A DNA stretch of 64,000 bases. It comes from Candidatus Poribacteria bacterium. GTDB lineage: Bacteria; Poribacteria; WGA-4E; PCPOR2b. Under the pieces are notes generated by a model, which was not told the DNA's origin, did not search any database, and saw only the letters and a list, made by a program, of their open reading frames with translations. Shown in pieces: positions 1-9,633 of this stretch. The position numbers were made by a program, and so were the translations under genes. Each line of letters starts with the position of its first letter. Position 1 is the stretch's first letter. The DNA lies in assembly GCA_965208675.1 (NCBI GenBank), contig OZ242351.1, forward strand, positions 4,672,001 to 4,736,000. Reading direction: 5' to 3'.

Positions 1-1
1 C

Positions 2-658
2 AAAGTAGCGGCCTCTGCCGTTCCAACTAATGGCTATGTCTGAAGATTCAAGTCTAGCAGTAAACGCCTCCGAAGTAAATTGACTTCCTTGGTCGTTGTT
101 GAATATTAATGGACTCGCTTTACCAAGCGCCCGTTCCAGAGCCGATAGGCAAAAGAACACGTCGAGGGAGTTTGACAGTTCCCATGACAACACATAACGG
201 GAAAACCAATCCATAATGGCTACCAGATAAACGAAGCCATTGTTCAAGCGAATATAGGTGATGTCAGTTGCCCAGACGTGGTTCGGTCTGGTGATGCTTA
301 ATCCTTTCAGCAGATAGGGGTACACTTTCGACGGTTTGCCCATTCTGGAGATCTTGGGATAGATGGCAACTAATCCCATCTTCCGCATTAACCGTGCTAC
401 CCGTTTCGGATTGACAACATATCCTTGACGACGAAGCCATTTCGTTAACTTAGGCACCCCACACCACGGCCTCTTGGTGTACTGTTCATCTAACAGACGC
501 ATGTACAGCAGATTTTGTGGTGACTCCCCTACAGGAGTGTAATAGAACGATGCTCGAGACAAGCCTAAGAGCTCACACTGTCTTACAATCGACACTGAAC
601 GGCACTCCGGTTCAACAAGCTGCCGCTTCTGTTCAACGGAAGCGCGACGTTTTTTTTT
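2..658 (-). CDS. IS3 transposase OrfB (DDE integrase core), partial
   Basis: Manual translation gives QCELLGLSRASFYY...VWATDITYIRL...IMDWFSRYVLSW...NDQGSQFTS, open to the window edge. Confidence 0.88.
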
Positions 659-920
659 GAAGCCAGTCCAGTTCTACCTTCAACTGACCAATCTGGCGAT
701 ACAGTTCAGACACTAGCTTGTCGTGGTCGGACGCCGTTTTTGAACGTCCCTTCGCAAAGAGTTGAGGTAATTCCTCAAGCACCTGTTTTTTCCATTGGCT
801 GACTTGAGCCGGATTGACACCGTATTCACTGGCAATCTGACTGATAGTCTGCTGATTCTTGATAGCTTCAAGAGCCACTTGCGCTTTGAATCGGCCATCA
901 CGCTGTATTCTACGGGACAT
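633..920 (-). CDS. IS3 transposase OrfA (HTH)
   Basis: FKAQVALEAIK...IASEYGV...QWKKQ...LYRQIGQLKVELDWLQKK; homologous to 38985-39272. Confidence 0.92.
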   Translation of the reverse strand: MSRRIQRDGRFKAQVALEAIKNQQTISQIASEYGVNPAQVSQWKKQVLEELPQLFAKGRSKTASDHDKLVSELYRQIGQLKVELDWLQKKTSRFR

Positions 921-1129
921 CGTGGAGAAACTCCTTTCTTTTTCTTGGCGTTTCCGAGTCCTATTTTCGCTCAGATGATGACCATTTTTCTAGTCGAAAA
1001 GATCTCTAATTCAACTGTCTAGGTTTTAGGGGTAATTATACCCCATTTCCGAAGCCTGCCGACCTTGTAACCTAAAAGTCGGTCGAGATCTGAATATTAT
1101 ACCAGCCTCTGTTGCCTCTTCCCACAGTT

Positions 1130-1411
1130 TTACGGTTGTGTGAGATATTCTAGTATCCATCGTTCAATACCCCTCAATATTTTTTCTAGCTTGCAATCTG
1201 ACAATGCGGGTTTGCAAAATAGATCTTCCCTTGAAATCGCCGAGTGTTTGGGGAAGTTTTGATCAAAGCGCGCCTCCCACGCATCCTTCGCAACTGTATT
1301 TGCGTACCTACCACAATCGATCTTCGGTTGACGGTAAACAATACCATCATCATCGCCGCAAGCTCCGTACAGCAAGCAGAGAGCGAGGATGAAGATTGTA
1401 AGGCGTTTCAT
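1130..1411 (-). CDS. hypothetical lipoprotein
   Basis: MKRLTIFILALCLLYGA-C lipobox-like N-terminus; ATG at 1411 preferred over the ORF-track start 1450. Confidence 0.55.
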   Translation of the reverse strand: MKRLTIFILALCLLYGACGDDDGIVYRQPKIDCGRYANTVAKDAWEARFDQNFPKHSAISREDLFCKPALSDCKLEKILRGIERWILEYLTQP

Positions 1412-1421
1412 TGGGGCGTCT

Positions 1422-1910
1422 TTAGTTTTCGTCGTAAACGGCTCTCTCAAGAGTTTTTACTTTGCTTTTAAGTTGGGCATTCTCGGTCTTAAGTTTATCT
1501 ATAGAATCCATCGCACGGCAAGCAACATCAATAGCATCTCTTACGCCTGCATTCACATTTTGAGTCGTAAAGTAAACAATTGCCCCTACCTTATCAACAG
1601 TAATTCGATATTCGTTCAATACGCTAGGAGTTATAGTTTCATCAGTAGACTGGCGAGTTGGTGCACCTCTTTTGAAAAATAGCCATGAGCGTTGATCTCG
1701 ACGCATCGCCAAATCTTCAGCCCACTCATTTTGTTTGTCTTTCTCTCGATAGGCGATTATAATCTCGTTGGGTTGAGAATCTAGGTCGTCCGGTAGCACA
1801 ACGTTAGGATAATAATAGTTGTGGTAACTTGTTGGTAACACAAAAGGCTGTGACTCTCTTTCTGTTGATTTGAGGACCACATAAACAGCGGGTTTTCGAA
1901 TTATCGACAT
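1422..1910 (-). CDS. hypothetical protein with C-terminal coiled coil
   Basis: AAGGAG RBS before ATG at 1910 (MSIIRKP); co-oriented directly after 1924-2631; IDKLKTENAQLKSKVKTLE coiled coil. Confidence 0.6.
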   Translation of the reverse strand: MSIIRKPAVYVVLKSTERESQPFVLPTSYHNYYYPNVVLPDDLDSQPNEIIIAYREKDKQNEWAEDLAMRRDQRSWLFFKRGAPTRQSTDETITPSVLNEYRITVDKVGAIVYFTTQNVNAGVRDAIDVACRAMDSIDKLKTENAQLKSKVKTLERAVYDEN

Positions 1911-1923
1911 TTTGAAGCTCCTT

Positions 1924-2631
1924 TCACTTTTGCAGATAGCCGTTTTTGTCCCATGTGGATACGGCGCCATTGCCGTATTCGTTGATTCCTATGGCAGCCG
2001 CACCCTCACCTTTGCCGTTTACTTGGACGCGCCCGCCGAGTTCGTCAATACTGAGCGCCGCCATCGACACCAATCCCTTTAGCACCCCGCCGTAATCTTT
2101 GCCAGAGACAGCAACCCGCCCGCCATGTTCATTGACTGTGAGCAGTGCTAACCCCCCGTCCTTGCCCCAAGCATTGACAATCCCGCCATACTCAGTGATA
2201 CTGAGACTCGCCCGCGAGTTCCTGTCCTTGTAATAGACTTCGACGCGCCCGTTACCGAGCACTACATGTTTGCCATCCTTTCCCCGAGCATCAACGCGCC
2301 CGCCATATTCAGTGATATGGAGATGCGCCGCCGATTCCCCGTTTTTGCTAAAGACATCAACCGTCCCGCCATGGTCTCCGATACCAATAAATACCCCCGA
2401 TTTGTCATCAAGGATAAAGCTCGTGGCATCTACCATGTTGGTACTGAGAATCACCCTCGACACGCCGTCCGCATCAACGACCGTTATCCCAGTACACTCG
2501 ATGTGACCGAACTTATCGCGTTGCGCTGTGACTGGTGACGCTAACATCCCGATTATCGTGCAAAGACACCCGAAAAAACTACCGAACCCGATATAGATCA
2601 ACTTGGTTTTCCAATTTTGCAGCGAAAACAT
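1924..2631 (-). CDS. secreted/membrane-anchored 22-aa GKDG-repeat protein
   Basis: Hydrophobic N-terminus, SPVTAQRDKF motif, repeats of L-x-I-x-E-H/Y-G-G-x-V-x-x-x-G-K-D-G; AAGGAGG RBS. Confidence 0.85.
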   Translation of the reverse strand: MFSLQNWKTKLIYIGFGSFFGCLCTIIGMLASPVTAQRDKFGHIECTGITVVDADGVSRVILSTNMVDATSFILDDKSGVFIGIGDHGGTVDVFSKNGESAAHLHITEYGGRVDARGKDGKHVVLGNGRVEVYYKDRNSRASLSITEYGGIVNAWGKDGGLALLTVNEHGGRVAVSGKDYGGVLKGLVSMAALSIDELGGRVQVNGKGEGAAAIGINEYGNGAVSTWDKNGYLQK

Positions 2632-2729
2632 CGCGTTACCTCCTTGTAGTGAAAAAGATGTGGTTAATGAATAGTGATAAGTAAAGACTTTAGACTAACC
2701 ACTGAATACTCTATTAATCTTTACTTAAC

Positions 2730-2757
2730 ATAATACAATGGGTTTGCTATATGTCAA
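2730..2757 (-). promoter_or_regulatory. sigma70-like promoter for 1924-2631
   Basis: Minus strand TTGACA-N16-TATTAT; the same block recurs upstream of the paralog. Confidence 0.6.
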
Positions 2758-2931
2758 CCCTGAATTATAGGGTGTCGGCCGGAGGTCAGTGACCTGACTA
2801 CTGTTTTTGATCGTAGGTTGGTTTGAAGGGTGTTGATGCAACACGTGAATTATAGCGAATGGAATTCCTTCGGCTGCAAATGTTCGTGTCTTGTTGGGTG
2901 GAGTGAAACCCAACATACATTGTTGACCTAG

Positions 2932-3768
2932 TTATTGCGGCAGCAGGAAATTACTCTTACCATCTTTGCCAATGACAGTGACCGATCCCTCATGTTCAAG
3001 TACAGTGAGAGTTCCTCGAGGTTTCCCGTCTTTGCCGTTTACTTGGACACGTCCGCCGTGTTCATTAGTGGTGAGCGACGCCGCTGATTTTCCGTCTTTG
3101 CCAACGGCATCAATATAACCGCCATGGTCTCCGGTACTGAGAGCTGCCAATCCCCCATCTTTACCAGAGACAACGACATGCCCACCGTGCTCAGTGATTC
3201 CGAGCAACGTCCCTAATTTCCCGTCTTTACCAAAGGTATGGACAAGTCCGCCATGTTCGTTGATACCGAGTGACACCTTCGATTTCCAATCTTTACCAGA
3301 GACAGCGACACGTCCGCCATGCTCAGTGATACGGAGCACCGCACCCAGTTTCCCATCTTTGCCAAGGGTGTTGACTGATCCCCCATGTTCATCAATATCG
3401 AGCCACGCCGCTGATTTTCTGTCTTTGCCAAGGGCATGGACAAGCCCGCCGCGTTCATTAATGGTGAGCAACACCGCTGATTCACCGTCTTTGCCAGAGG
3501 CAGTGACACGCCCGCCGTGTTCATCAATACCGAGACGAGCCGCCGATTTCCCATCTTTACCAAAGGCTGAGACAAAACCGCCGTGTTCAGTGATAGCAAA
3601 GACTCCCATCGTCTTACCTTCCGCATCCACGACCTCCAGCCTAGAACACTGAATCGTGTCAAACTTATCCCTTTGGGCTGTAACTGGTGAAACCAATAAC
3701 GCCGTTAACAAACTCCCTATGACCCCGCCAACAATACCGCTTATTGCCAGATAATATTTCGTGTTCAT
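2932..3768 (-). CDS. secreted/membrane-anchored 22-aa GKDG-repeat protein (paralog)
   Basis: About 10 regular 22-aa (66-bp) repeats; same SPVTAQRDKF..I.C..L.VVDA leader; AAGGAG RBS. Confidence 0.88.
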   Translation of the reverse strand: MNTKYYLAISGIVGGVIGSLLTALLVSPVTAQRDKFDTIQCSRLEVVDAEGKTMGVFAITEHGGFVSAFGKDGKSAARLGIDEHGGRVTASGKDGESAVLLTINERGGLVHALGKDRKSAAWLDIDEHGGSVNTLGKDGKLGAVLRITEHGGRVAVSGKDWKSKVSLGINEHGGLVHTFGKDGKLGTLLGITEHGGHVVVSGKDGGLAALSTGDHGGYIDAVGKDGKSAASLTTNEHGGRVQVNGKDGKPRGTLTVLEHEGSVTVIGKDGKSNFLLPQ

Positions 3769-3866
3769 TGCAAATTCTCCTTAGATATAGAAACAGTGAC
3801 CGGTAGCCAGTGGCTAGTGACCTGTTAGTTAATGACTACTGGATACTTTACTAATTTTTACTTAAC

Positions 3867-3895
3867 ATAATACAATGAAATTCGCTAGGTGTCAA
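3867..3895 (-). promoter_or_regulatory. sigma70-like promoter for 2932-3768
   Basis: Minus strand TTGACA-N17-TATTAT. Confidence 0.65.
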
Positions 3896-4611
3896 CTCTA
3901 AATTTAAAAGCAGCGGTCAGTTCTTGTAGGGCGGGTTGAGCCAATGGCGAAACCCAACGCTTTTGAAACGTCCGGACGACCGAAAAGCGTTGGGTTTGCT
4001 ACGGCGAGACGAGATTGAATCAAAATCTAGTTTCGGCACTTATGCGTTGAGTGGAGCGTTTTGTCATAAACTCGCCTATAAGAATTTTTCTCCCTTCCGA
4101 AAAACAGAAAAGTTTCATAGTAAACTCGCATGTCCTCTTTGCGTGAACTACGCCAAGATCAGCCCCGGGCTGCCTTTTCGCCTTTTTTATCACCACATTC
4201 AAATCTTCACTGTTGATTGAAAAACTATGAAAACTATGAAAATTTTTGAATCTGTGAACTGCAATTTCCTTAATGTTAAAATTTACCACTCATTGCCGTG
4301 TTTTGCAACGCTTATGTCCAAATACTTGTTGGCTGCGTTGCTCCGCCGAGGAATCGCAACCATCGACTGAGTTTTTTTTGGTCGGGTTACGCTACACCAA
4401 TTCTGTCAGGGGGAAAGAGGGATTAGCCGGCTTAGATTCGCCGAGACAGAAGGGTGGAAAATTTCATGGATCGGTAGGCTTATCACCCAATAGACAGGGG
4501 AGGCATTATGGTGCTAGTCGCATTTCTCAGATGGCCAATGCGCACATGCAATGCGGCAGCGTGGTTTGGCGGGGTTGGAGGCAGGGTGGATTACTGGTAT
4601 GCTTTACAAAA

Positions 4612-6342
4612 TTAAGAGGCTTTCTGTGCTTTTTGGATTTTTGCCCACGTGTCGCGCAACGATACTGTGCGATTGAAAACGAGTTTGCCGCTGGACGCGT
4701 CATCGTCCACGGAGAAATAACCCTGTCTGAGAAACTGGTAGCGGTTTCCCGGCGCCGCGCCCGCAAGGCTGGATTCGACGCGGCATGAACTCAATACCTT
4801 CAACGAATCCGGATTCAGATTGGCTTTGAAATCGGTTCCCTCCGCCGCATCGTCCGGGTCTGGTTTCACAAAAAGATGGTCGTACAGACGCACCTCGGCT
4901 GGGTGCGAATGGGGCGCCGACACCCAGTGCAACGTGCCTCTAACCTTTCGCCCGTCTTCGGACCAGCCGCCGCGAGTCTCGGGATCGTACGTGCAATGCA
5001 GTTCGACCACTTCGCCATGCTCGTCCTTGACCACCCGCGCGCACGTAATGTAATACGCATGTTTCAGCCGCACCTCGCGCCCCGGCGCTAAACGGAAGTA
5101 TTTCCTCGGCGGGTCTTCCATGAAATCGCCCCGTTCGATGTAGAGTTCGCGTGAAAAATGAATCTTTCGCGTTCCGGCGTTGGGGTCCTCCGGATTGTTG
5201 TCCGCATCTAACGCCTCCACTTTTCCCTCGGTATAGTTGTCGATAACCACTTTAAGCGGCGACAACACCGCCATCACACGCGGCGCGCGTTGGTTCAAGT
5301 CTTGGCGAACGCAATACTCAAGCAGCGCAATATCAACCAAATTATCGGCTTTGGCGATACCGATTCGATTACAGAAGTCTCGAATCGACTCCGGCGTGTA
5401 GCCGCGCCGGCGCAGTCCGGACAACGTCGGCATCCGCGGATCGTCCCACCCGTTGACATGCCCCTCTTCGACCAGTTGGATTAACTTTCGCTTGCCGAGC
5501 ACGGTGTAGCTGACATTGAGGCGGGCAAACTCAATCTGCTGCGGGTGATAGATGTCGAGCTGGTCGAGGAACCAGTCGTATAAGGGGCGGTTGTTTTCAA
5601 ATTCTAGTGAGCAGAGCGAATGCGTGATGCCTTCGATAGAATCCGAGATGCAATGCGTAAAGTCGTACATCGGATAGATGCACCACGTATCGCCCGTCTC
5701 GTGGTGGGACGCGTATAGAATGCGGTACATCACCGGATCGCGCATGACCAAATTCGGAGATGACATGTCAATTTTAGCACGAAGTGTGCGAGAGCCTTCC
5801 CCAAATTCGCCCGCACGCATACGGGCAAATAGGTCGAGGTTCTCTTCGACGGAACGGTTGCGGTTAGGGCTTTCCAACCCCGGCTCGGTCAAAGTGCCGC
5901 GGTACTTTCCGTATCGAATCTCCTCCGGACTCAGGTCGCAGACAAATGCCGCGCCTTTTTTGATTAGCTGAACGGCATATCCATAGAGTTGCTCAAAGTA
6001 GTCCGATGCATTATATTCCCGATCTTCCCAGTCGAAACCGAGCCATCGAATGTCATCTTTAATGGATTCCACAAATTCGACATCTTCTTTGGTGGGATTG
6101 GTGTCATCGAACCGCAGATTGTAAAGACCGCCGTAATCTTCGGCGATACCGAAGTTGATACAGATGGCTTTGGCGCTGCCCAGATGTATATAGCCGTTGG
6201 GTTCCGGCGGGAATCGTGTATGAACCCGTCCGCTGTACTTGTTTGTCCGCACGTCTTCATTTATAATCTGCCGAATGAAGTCGGTGGGTTGGGTAGTATC
6301 GGTCGAAATTGTGTTCACACGCTCCTCTGCAATTTTCTTCAT
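4612..6342 (-). CDS. glnS: glutamine--tRNA ligase
   Basis: [14 protein letters not shown] (HIGH-like), [32 protein letters not shown]. Confidence 0.97.
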   Translation of the reverse strand: MKKIAEERVNTISTDTTQPTDFIRQIINEDVRTNKYSGRVHTRFPPEPNGYIHLGSAKAICINFGIAEDYGGLYNLRFDDTNPTKEDVEFVESIKDDIRWLGFDWEDREYNASDYFEQLYGYAVQLIKKGAAFVCDLSPEEIRYGKYRGTLTEPGLESPNRNRSVEENLDLFARMRAGEFGEGSRTLRAKIDMSSPNLVMRDPVMYRILYASHHETGDTWCIYPMYDFTHCISDSIEGITHSLCSLEFENNRPLYDWFLDQLDIYHPQQIEFARLNVSYTVLGKRKLIQLVEEGHVNGWDDPRMPTLSGLRRRGYTPESIRDFCNRIGIAKADNLVDIALLEYCVRQDLNQRAPRVMAVLSPLKVVIDNYTEGKVEALDADNNPEDPNAGTRKIHFSRELYIERGDFMEDPPRKYFRLAPGREVRLKHAYYITCARVVKDEHGEVVELHCTYDPETRGGWSEDGRKVRGTLHWVSAPHSHPAEVRLYDHLFVKPDPDDAAEGTDFKANLNPDSLKVLSSCRVESSLAGAAPGNRYQFLRQGYFSVDDDASSGKLVFNRTVSLRDTWAKIQKAQKAS

Positions 6343-6608
6343 TTAATACCGTAATCCGCGGAACGTTTATTGTGCGGGATTTACTATCGCCATCGCTCTT
6401 GGCTCAGTTGATTCTCTCACAGTGCGGCGCCGTACGGCTCTGCGGGCTGGCGAAAGTCAAGGTACAAGAACTAGGAAAAACCATGAAGACTATCGCCTTC
6501 GCTATTCGCTCAGTTGATCCTATTCAGTCGCTTGATCCCACGCTGGGGCTTTGGCTTTAGGCAACTGGTATTGGAAATATGAATTTTCAAGCGCGTTTTT
6601 AATTGTGT

Positions 6609-6756
6609 TAGGACTTAGGCAGTTCAGTTTGTAGTAGCGCAATTTATTGCGCGTCCGGCAGGTCGTTCACTTCCTTGACCTAACTATTTTTTAAGTAAAA
6701 ACGGGCAATGAATTGCCCTACTACGAGCCTTTGGACGTTCAACTGCGTAACTCCTA
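6609..6756. repeat. REPIN-like doublet enclosed by inverted repeats
   Basis: TAGGACTTAGGCAGTT ... AACTGCGTAACTCCTA enclosing GTAGTAGCGCAATTTATTGCGCGT and its inverted partner ACGGGCAATGAATTGCCCTACTAC. Confidence 0.75.
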
Positions 6757-6785
6757 TTGTGTATTCAATTCGAGCAAGTGCCGAC

Positions 6786-7652
6786 TTAATTCGACTGAAG
6801 CAACTTTATGACTTTCTGCGCACTCGCTGATTTTCTGGTGTCCGAGGAGTCCTGCCCGTTCTGATCGAGGGCTTCCAACGATTCGGGGGTGCCAATCCTC
6901 CGCAGCGCGGCAGCCGTTGTAATGCGCACTTCGGCGCATTTGTGATGGAGGTGGGTTTTTAGTGACTCAACCAATTCCGGCTCGGAATTCGTATGCGCGG
7001 CTTTCGTGGCGTTGATGTGGATGCAGCGCCGATAGCCCTTGCTGCCTAACGCGGCGTGAAAGAGCTTGTGGTTCATGAAGATTACATCTCCCGGCGTGTT
7101 CACAATCGGATACCTGCCCGGCACGTCCTCCGGGCGCATGTTCAATGCTCGGATAGCGTTTAAAATCTGTCCGTCCCGGTCGCGCGCGAGCGCCTGGCGG
7201 TACGCGGCAAAATGGCTGCCCGGAATGACGTTAAGGCATCCGTCTTCACTTCCGAGATGATCCAGATAGATATGGGCTCTCATTGTGAAAAAGCCGTCCG
7301 GGGCGATGTTGTCGTGGTGCCAGGCGGTATCTCCCGTATGCAGGATGCCTTCGCTTGCGGGCAGGATGAAATCGTCACCGAGTAGATGCCTGAAGATGTC
7401 GACAAATCTCTGATCGGTCAATAGCGGATAGAACACGTCAGGATTGAGGTCGAAGAACGGGACAAACGGATCAATCAGGTAATTGACCTGCTGCCTCTTT
7501 TCACCGTGTTCGGGCGCCGGCGCACCATCACGCGCCGCTTTCATCGCCGCGTCGAAGGCGTCTGAAAGCACTTGGGTCTCGTGCGGTGAGAAAAACTCCT
7601 TGCAATGGATATAGCCGAACGTCTGAAACTGGTTGATAAGCGCTTGATTCAA
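6786..7652 (-). CDS. phytanoyl-CoA dioxygenase (PhyH) family 2OG-Fe(II) oxygenase with HEAT-like tail
   Basis: FQTFGY, WHHD, GCLNVIPGSH, LFHAA; paralog of 22564-23355. Confidence 0.9.
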   Translation of the reverse strand: MNQALINQFQTFGYIHCKEFFSPHETQVLSDAFDAAMKAARDGAPAPEHGEKRQQVNYLIDPFVPFFDLNPDVFYPLLTDQRFVDIFRHLLGDDFILPASEGILHTGDTAWHHDNIAPDGFFTMRAHIYLDHLGSEDGCLNVIPGSHFAAYRQALARDRDGQILNAIRALNMRPEDVPGRYPIVNTPGDVIFMNHKLFHAALGSKGYRRCIHINATKAAHTNSEPELVESLKTHLHHKCAEVRITTAAALRRIGTPESLEALDQNGQDSSDTRKSASAQKVIKLLQSN

Positions 7653-7678
7653 GGATGGTTTCCTTAATTGTGAATTTC

Positions 7679-8074
7679 TTATTCGTATTTAATGAGTTGA
7701 ATTTTGAGCTTGTTCGGTGTAAACAGATGCGCCAACCGGCAACCGCTAGAGTGGATTTTTTTGAATTGGAAATTCCCTTCACCGACATCAGTTGGCTCGT
7801 CGCCGACTTGCAGCCCCTGCGACTTGAGTCTATCGAATTCCGCATCCACATCGTCCACTTCAAAAGTGATGTGATCCAGTTCTCCGGAATTGCCGTCGGG
7901 TTTTAAGATTAGCTCCAACCGGTGGCCGGTATGGACGTCCTCAACAAAAGCGACCTCTTGAATCTCTCCAACGCCCGGATGGCGAAGGACGAACTTCATC
8001 CCCAGGAACTCGCAGAAGGTTTCGATAGCCTTGTCCATATCGGTGACGATGATTGCGTGGTGATGCAGTTTCAT
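7679..8074 (-). CDS. VOC/glyoxalase family protein
   Basis: LHHHAIIVTDMDKA..F, RLELI, LDHITFEVDDVD. Confidence 0.88.
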   Translation of the reverse strand: MKLHHHAIIVTDMDKAIETFCEFLGMKFVLRHPGVGEIQEVAFVEDVHTGHRLELILKPDGNSGELDHITFEVDDVDAEFDRLKSQGLQVGDEPTDVGEGNFQFKKIHSSGCRLAHLFTPNKLKIQLIKYE

Positions 8075-8762
8075 ATATAATCACTCTCCCACGCTATTAT
8101 ATCACGGTTACGAAAAAGTTGACAGTTTAAACATGGGATATTTTAGCGCGGCGATGGTCCATTTTTTCTGTGATATGAAGATGGTAGAGAATTTTGGCGT
8201 TTAGGTGAAGTCAATATTCACGATAGGTAGGGTTGGGGGTGCTGGCGAAGCTTAGCCCACAACCTCCGCTAACCCCTCCTTAGTAAGGAGGGGGATTAAA
8301 ATTCATCGAACCGATTGAAGATGGGGCGAGCGGGTTCGCAAAACTCAAGGCACAAGAACTAGGAAGAACCATAAAATCTATCGCACTTCCTATTCGGTCA
8401 GTTGATCCTTCTTGGTGAGGAGGGGAATTTTTCTTCCCGCAGTTGAATCGAGATTTGAAGAATTTTGGTTGCTTTCGGTGTTTTGCACTCTTTATTTGTA
8501 TGCACGGTTTCATCTGAACGCACCATTTCTCAACATCCGTACTGAATTTTATTCATCCGCAACTCCGATGTTGGTGTGAAAAAGTTGGAGCGTAGAGAAG
8601 AAGTTGGACCGTCCCTGGATGAATTTGATTCGATATGACTTGAATCTGTATGTTAGGCAAGTTATTATAATTGCTTAACTTCTTGAACGAAATTTGAAGA
8701 TTGTACAAAGATTTAATGGGGAATCCACAGATTTGATGACTTTATGAGGAGGCTGCACTACT

Positions 8763-9599
8763 ATGAACACGCTGAAAACCGGTTTCCTGCTGACTGCTTT
8801 AACCGTGCTAGTGATGTTGATTGGGAGTATGTTTGGTGAGGGCGGAATGATTATTGCGCTCATGATCGCAGTTGTCATGAACATCGGTTCCTACTGGTTT
8901 AGCGATAGAATTGTCCTGAAGATGTACAAGGCGCAGGAGGTCGACTCCAACAGCGAACTGTACCGAATGGTAGAGGAACAGGCGCAGCGAGCTGGATTGC
9001 CGATGCCGCGCGTCTATGTGATTCCAACTGATTCGCCTAACGCCTTTGCGACAGGTAAAAATCCGAATAATTCGGCGGTGGCTGCAACGCAAGGAATTAT
9101 GCGGCTGTTGTCGCGAGAAGAGCTCGCCGGCGTCATTGGGCACGAACTTGCGCACATTAAACACCGCGACATCCTGATTTGCAGCATCGTTGCTACCATG
9201 GCCGGGGCGATTATGATGCTTGCTTCCATGGCGCAGTGGGCTGCGATATTCGGCGGCTTCAGGGGCGATGACGAGGAGGACGGCGGCGGCGGCATCTTTG
9301 GTTTTCTATTCATGATTATTGTGGCGCCGTTTGCCGCGATGATTATCCAACTCGCTATCTCCCGTTCTCGCGAATTTGCTGCCGATCGAGGCGGCGCGGA
9401 GATTTGCGGGAATCCGAATGCGCTCGCTCGCGCCCTTCGGAAACTTGAGCTAGGCGCCGAAATGTCGCCGATGGAAACTAACGCCGCCACTTCCCACCTA
9501 TTCATTGCGAATCCACTGCGCGGCGGGTTCGCGAAGCTCTTCAGCACGCATCCGCCAATGGAAGAACGCATCCGCCGCCTTGAGGCGATGCGGCGTTAA
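8763..9599 (+). CDS. htpX: zinc metalloprotease HtpX
   Basis: [39 protein letters not shown]. Confidence 0.96.
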   Translation: MNTLKTGFLLTALTVLVMLIGSMFGEGGMIIALMIAVVMNIGSYWFSDRIVLKMYKAQEVDSNSELYRMVEEQAQRAGLPMPRVYVIPTDSPNAFATGKNPNNSAVAATQGIMRLLSREELAGVIGHELAHIKHRDILICSIVATMAGAIMMLASMAQWAAIFGGFRGDDEEDGGGGIFGFLFMIIVAPFAAMIIQLAISRSREFAADRGGAEICGNPNALARALRKLELGAEMSPMETNAATSHLFIANPLRGGFAKLFSTHPPMEERIRRLEAMRR

Positions 9600-9633
9600 T
9601 TGCGCTGCCGCGTGAAAAAGCGGAGGAGTTGGT

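Larger units (their letters stand above)
1..1040 (-). mobile_element. IS3-family insertion sequence, truncated by window start
   Basis: Left IR TATAATTACCCCTAAAACCTAGACAG (minus strand, 1040-1015) matches the IR of the copy at 38864; orfA plus rve-type orfB with an A9 run at the junction. Confidence 0.92.

Noticed and set aside
1924-3768. Diversity-generating retroelement template/variable repeats
   Set aside because: No reverse transcriptase is present, and differences between repeats are not adenine-specific.
3936-4600. Short ORFs 3936-4220, 4020-4289 and 4273-4788
   Set aside because: No recognisable motifs; they overlap each other, REP hairpins or the end of glnS.
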